This document shows positions 61,688 through 64,000 of a stretch of 64,000 nt of DNA, piece by piece. A model generated the notes under the pieces. It was not told the DNA's origin, searched no databases, and worked only from the letters and a program-made list of their open reading frames with translations. Numbering within the stretch: the first letter of the stretch is position 1; every line of letters starts with the position of its first letter. The position numbers and the translations under genes are program-made. Origin of the DNA: the human T2T-CHM13v2.0 reference genome, Homo sapiens; the NCBI RefSeq assembly GCF_009914755.1, contig NC_060945.1; one strand, given 5' to 3'.

Positions 61688-61895
61688 AATAATAGTTTAC
61701 AACAAGCTACTGTACAGTTCAGAATAGTTAGAAGATAATCATTCAGGTGTTTCTAGCATAAGAAACAGACAAATATTTAAGGTGTTGGATACTCAATTAC
61801 ATTAGTTTCATTTTTACAAATTATATGAATGCATTAAATTATCACATGTACTACCAAAATATGTACATCCATTATGTATCAGTAGAAAATTAAAA
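61688..61895 (+). mobile_element. L1MA-like 3' end
   Basis: TTTCTAGCATAA.AAA.AGACAAATATTTAAGGTG.TGGATA...TTTACAAATTATATGAATG.ATTAAATTATCACATGTAC...ATGTACATC.ATTATGTATCA. Confidence 0.75.
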
Positions 61896-62869
61896 TTTTT
61901 ATTAATGGAGAAAAAAATGAAGTCCCTGATTAAAAGTGCTAGAAATGAGAATTTAGACCTTAAAAACAGCTAAAAATTTAAAAGGAAAGTTTTGGCAACA
62001 AGCCAACCTCAGAAAGTATGAGACCCAAATTCAAAGAATGAACTATGCAAATTTCTGGCTCACAGCAAAATTGCACATGTGCAAGGGAGATCTATGAAGC
62101 CTAGTGAAAAAGCAGAAAGAAAAAATAATTAAAAACTGTAGAAAGTAAAACCCAATTTCAAGTACAAAAACAAAACAAAACAAAACAATACCTCACAGAT
62201 TTCTAAGTTGCTGAAGACAATGTAATATTTCCTCCCAAGACCAAGAAGAAGTTGATTTGAAAAGAGCAATTACTATACAGACTAGTGTTATATACCATTG
62301 GTCTAGTTAGATTTGCTGCGCTTAATGTTACTATTACGTAAAGTTAGTAGTTAGGGTCTCGGACTTTTAAAATAAAAAAAATGTAGGTACTATGATGGCA
62401 AATATTGGGGTTCATATTGCAGAACAGTTGAAGTCATATTTCACTGTTGATTGAATATGCCATGGATATGTGAGCATCTTGAGTTGGTTGCACGACTTTT
62501 ATACTTCCATTCTGAATGCAAAAAATTAAAGCTTTATGCTTAAATTAAATAATGTGGCTAAGATTGTTAACACGAGCATATAAAACTCAGCTCCTTGAAA
62601 TAGCCCACCTAAAAAGATGCTTGCTTTGGGGGAGCTGAATAATTTTCTGGGGACACATCTTTTCTTTGTTTGATTTGTTTGGTTCAAAAAAAAAGCATTC
62701 ATATTATGGCTTGATATGCCATAAAATTTTGATTTAAAATCTCAAAAAGCCAGAGAAAGACTATCTACAAAACTGTCAAGATGCATTTTGGATTGTCTCC
62801 CTACTTCCATTTTCTTCAAAAGATTTAAATGCAATTTGGATTATAAAAATCGCATTAAGATAGAAAGAC

Positions 62870-63030
62870 TGTGGGATGCATTTCACCTGGGGTGCTTGTT
62901 AAAAAACGCAATTTCTGGGATTTCATTCCAGATCTACTCAATGAGACTCTGCAGGTGTGCCCCTAGAATCTGCATTTTTTATGCTTTCCAGATGTTTCTT
63001 ATGCATAGTCAAGTTTGCAAACCACTGCTC
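62870..63030. mobile_element. MER5-like hAT-Charlie fragment
   Basis: TCACCTGGGGTGCTTGTTAAAAA.GCA.ATTTCTGGG...AATCTGCATTTTT...AAGTTTGCAAACCACTG. Confidence 0.7.
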
Positions 63031-64000
63031 TCGAGTTTTAATTGACATTAAGTAGAACTTTTAATGGATGCACCCCTAATTTCTGAATTATTAATGATTA
63101 ATAGAATCTGCTTTTACTATACACTCACTAAAATACATAGCTGCTTGGGCTGAAATATACAGATGTGTTGCCTTGCTGAAAAGGGAAGGAAAATCAAAGC
63201 TCAGACTGAGTCATGTTTGAAGTTTAGCCATGAAATTTGATGGCTTTTAGCTGAATTAAATGGCAGGCAAAATGTGTGTCTGTTCTCCACCTCTCTCCTC
63301 TAACAGCGTTTCCCTGTCTTGAGCTAATCCTTATGCAGGGATGTCTTATCACTGCTCACTGAATATCTATAGAAAGACACGAGTTACAAAGTCAAGAGCT
63401 GCAGACTTCTCTAGGTTTCTCCTCGGAACAGTCAGTGACACAGAGCTGTGTCAGGCAGAGCCTGCTGCTGATTTAATTTGATCTTTCTAGGGAGGATTAA
63501 GAATATTGTCCTCAACCCAGTTAGAATGTTGCTGCTAAGTTTCAATGTGTCAGAGGCTTTTTCATTTTCCCAGAGCCAGTGCTGGCTGGCGTGGCGAGTG
63601 ACAACATTGCAGCATTTGCAAAGTGACTACGTCGTAGCATTTGCATTATCTTCCTTGGTGTGCATATCTTTCAACCATGTCAGGGAAGCGGTTGGAAGGA
63701 AAAATCACAGAGCACATAAGAAGGACTTCTGGGCCTGCTCCGGAGGCTTGCAGAGGACATGCCCGAAGGGGTGCATGAAGCCTTCTGTCCCATACCTGTC
63801 CCTTGCCTCGATGGGATTCTGTACACCACAGGTTTCTGTCACCACTTTGCCTTGAAATTGGAGGCCTCAGTTATGAATTTTATAACAACATCCTCAAATA
63901 AGGCCTCACTTTGCAGTGGGTGCCTAACTTAAGGATGATTTTTAAATGACTGTGTCATGTTTGTAAAGACACTTTGTACTTATCGAAGTGCTTGCATATA

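Overview
This is primate, most likely human, non-coding genomic DNA: it carries Alu, THE1, LTR12, MIR, L2, L1M and MER elements. I found no credible host protein-coding gene, tRNA, rRNA or CRISPR array. The long ORFs in the track come from tandem repeats, Alus or low-complexity DNA. Four things stand out. (1) A solo LTR12 (ERV9) is inserted with a perfect 4-bp TSD into the middle of a ~20-copy 68/70-bp minisatellite; its CCAAT/GATA/TATA-like promoter looks intact and its poly(A) signal looks mutated. (2) A heavily deleted ~3-kb two-LTR class III (ERVL/HERV-S-like) provirus on the minus strand keeps a PBS, a PPT, gag and RT remnants and an env-like CWVC motif, and three tandem arrays have grown inside it. 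(3) A ~1.3-kb CpG-rich 54-bp VNTR shows polarised unit turnover. (4) Minisatellites and local tandem duplications are unusually dense, and several show their origin. I see no evidence for a new enzymatic system; the best leads are repeat-based regulatory or structural hypotheses. Repeat family names are recalled from consensus sequences and need RepeatMasker/Dfam confirmation. The boundaries of old elements are approximate.
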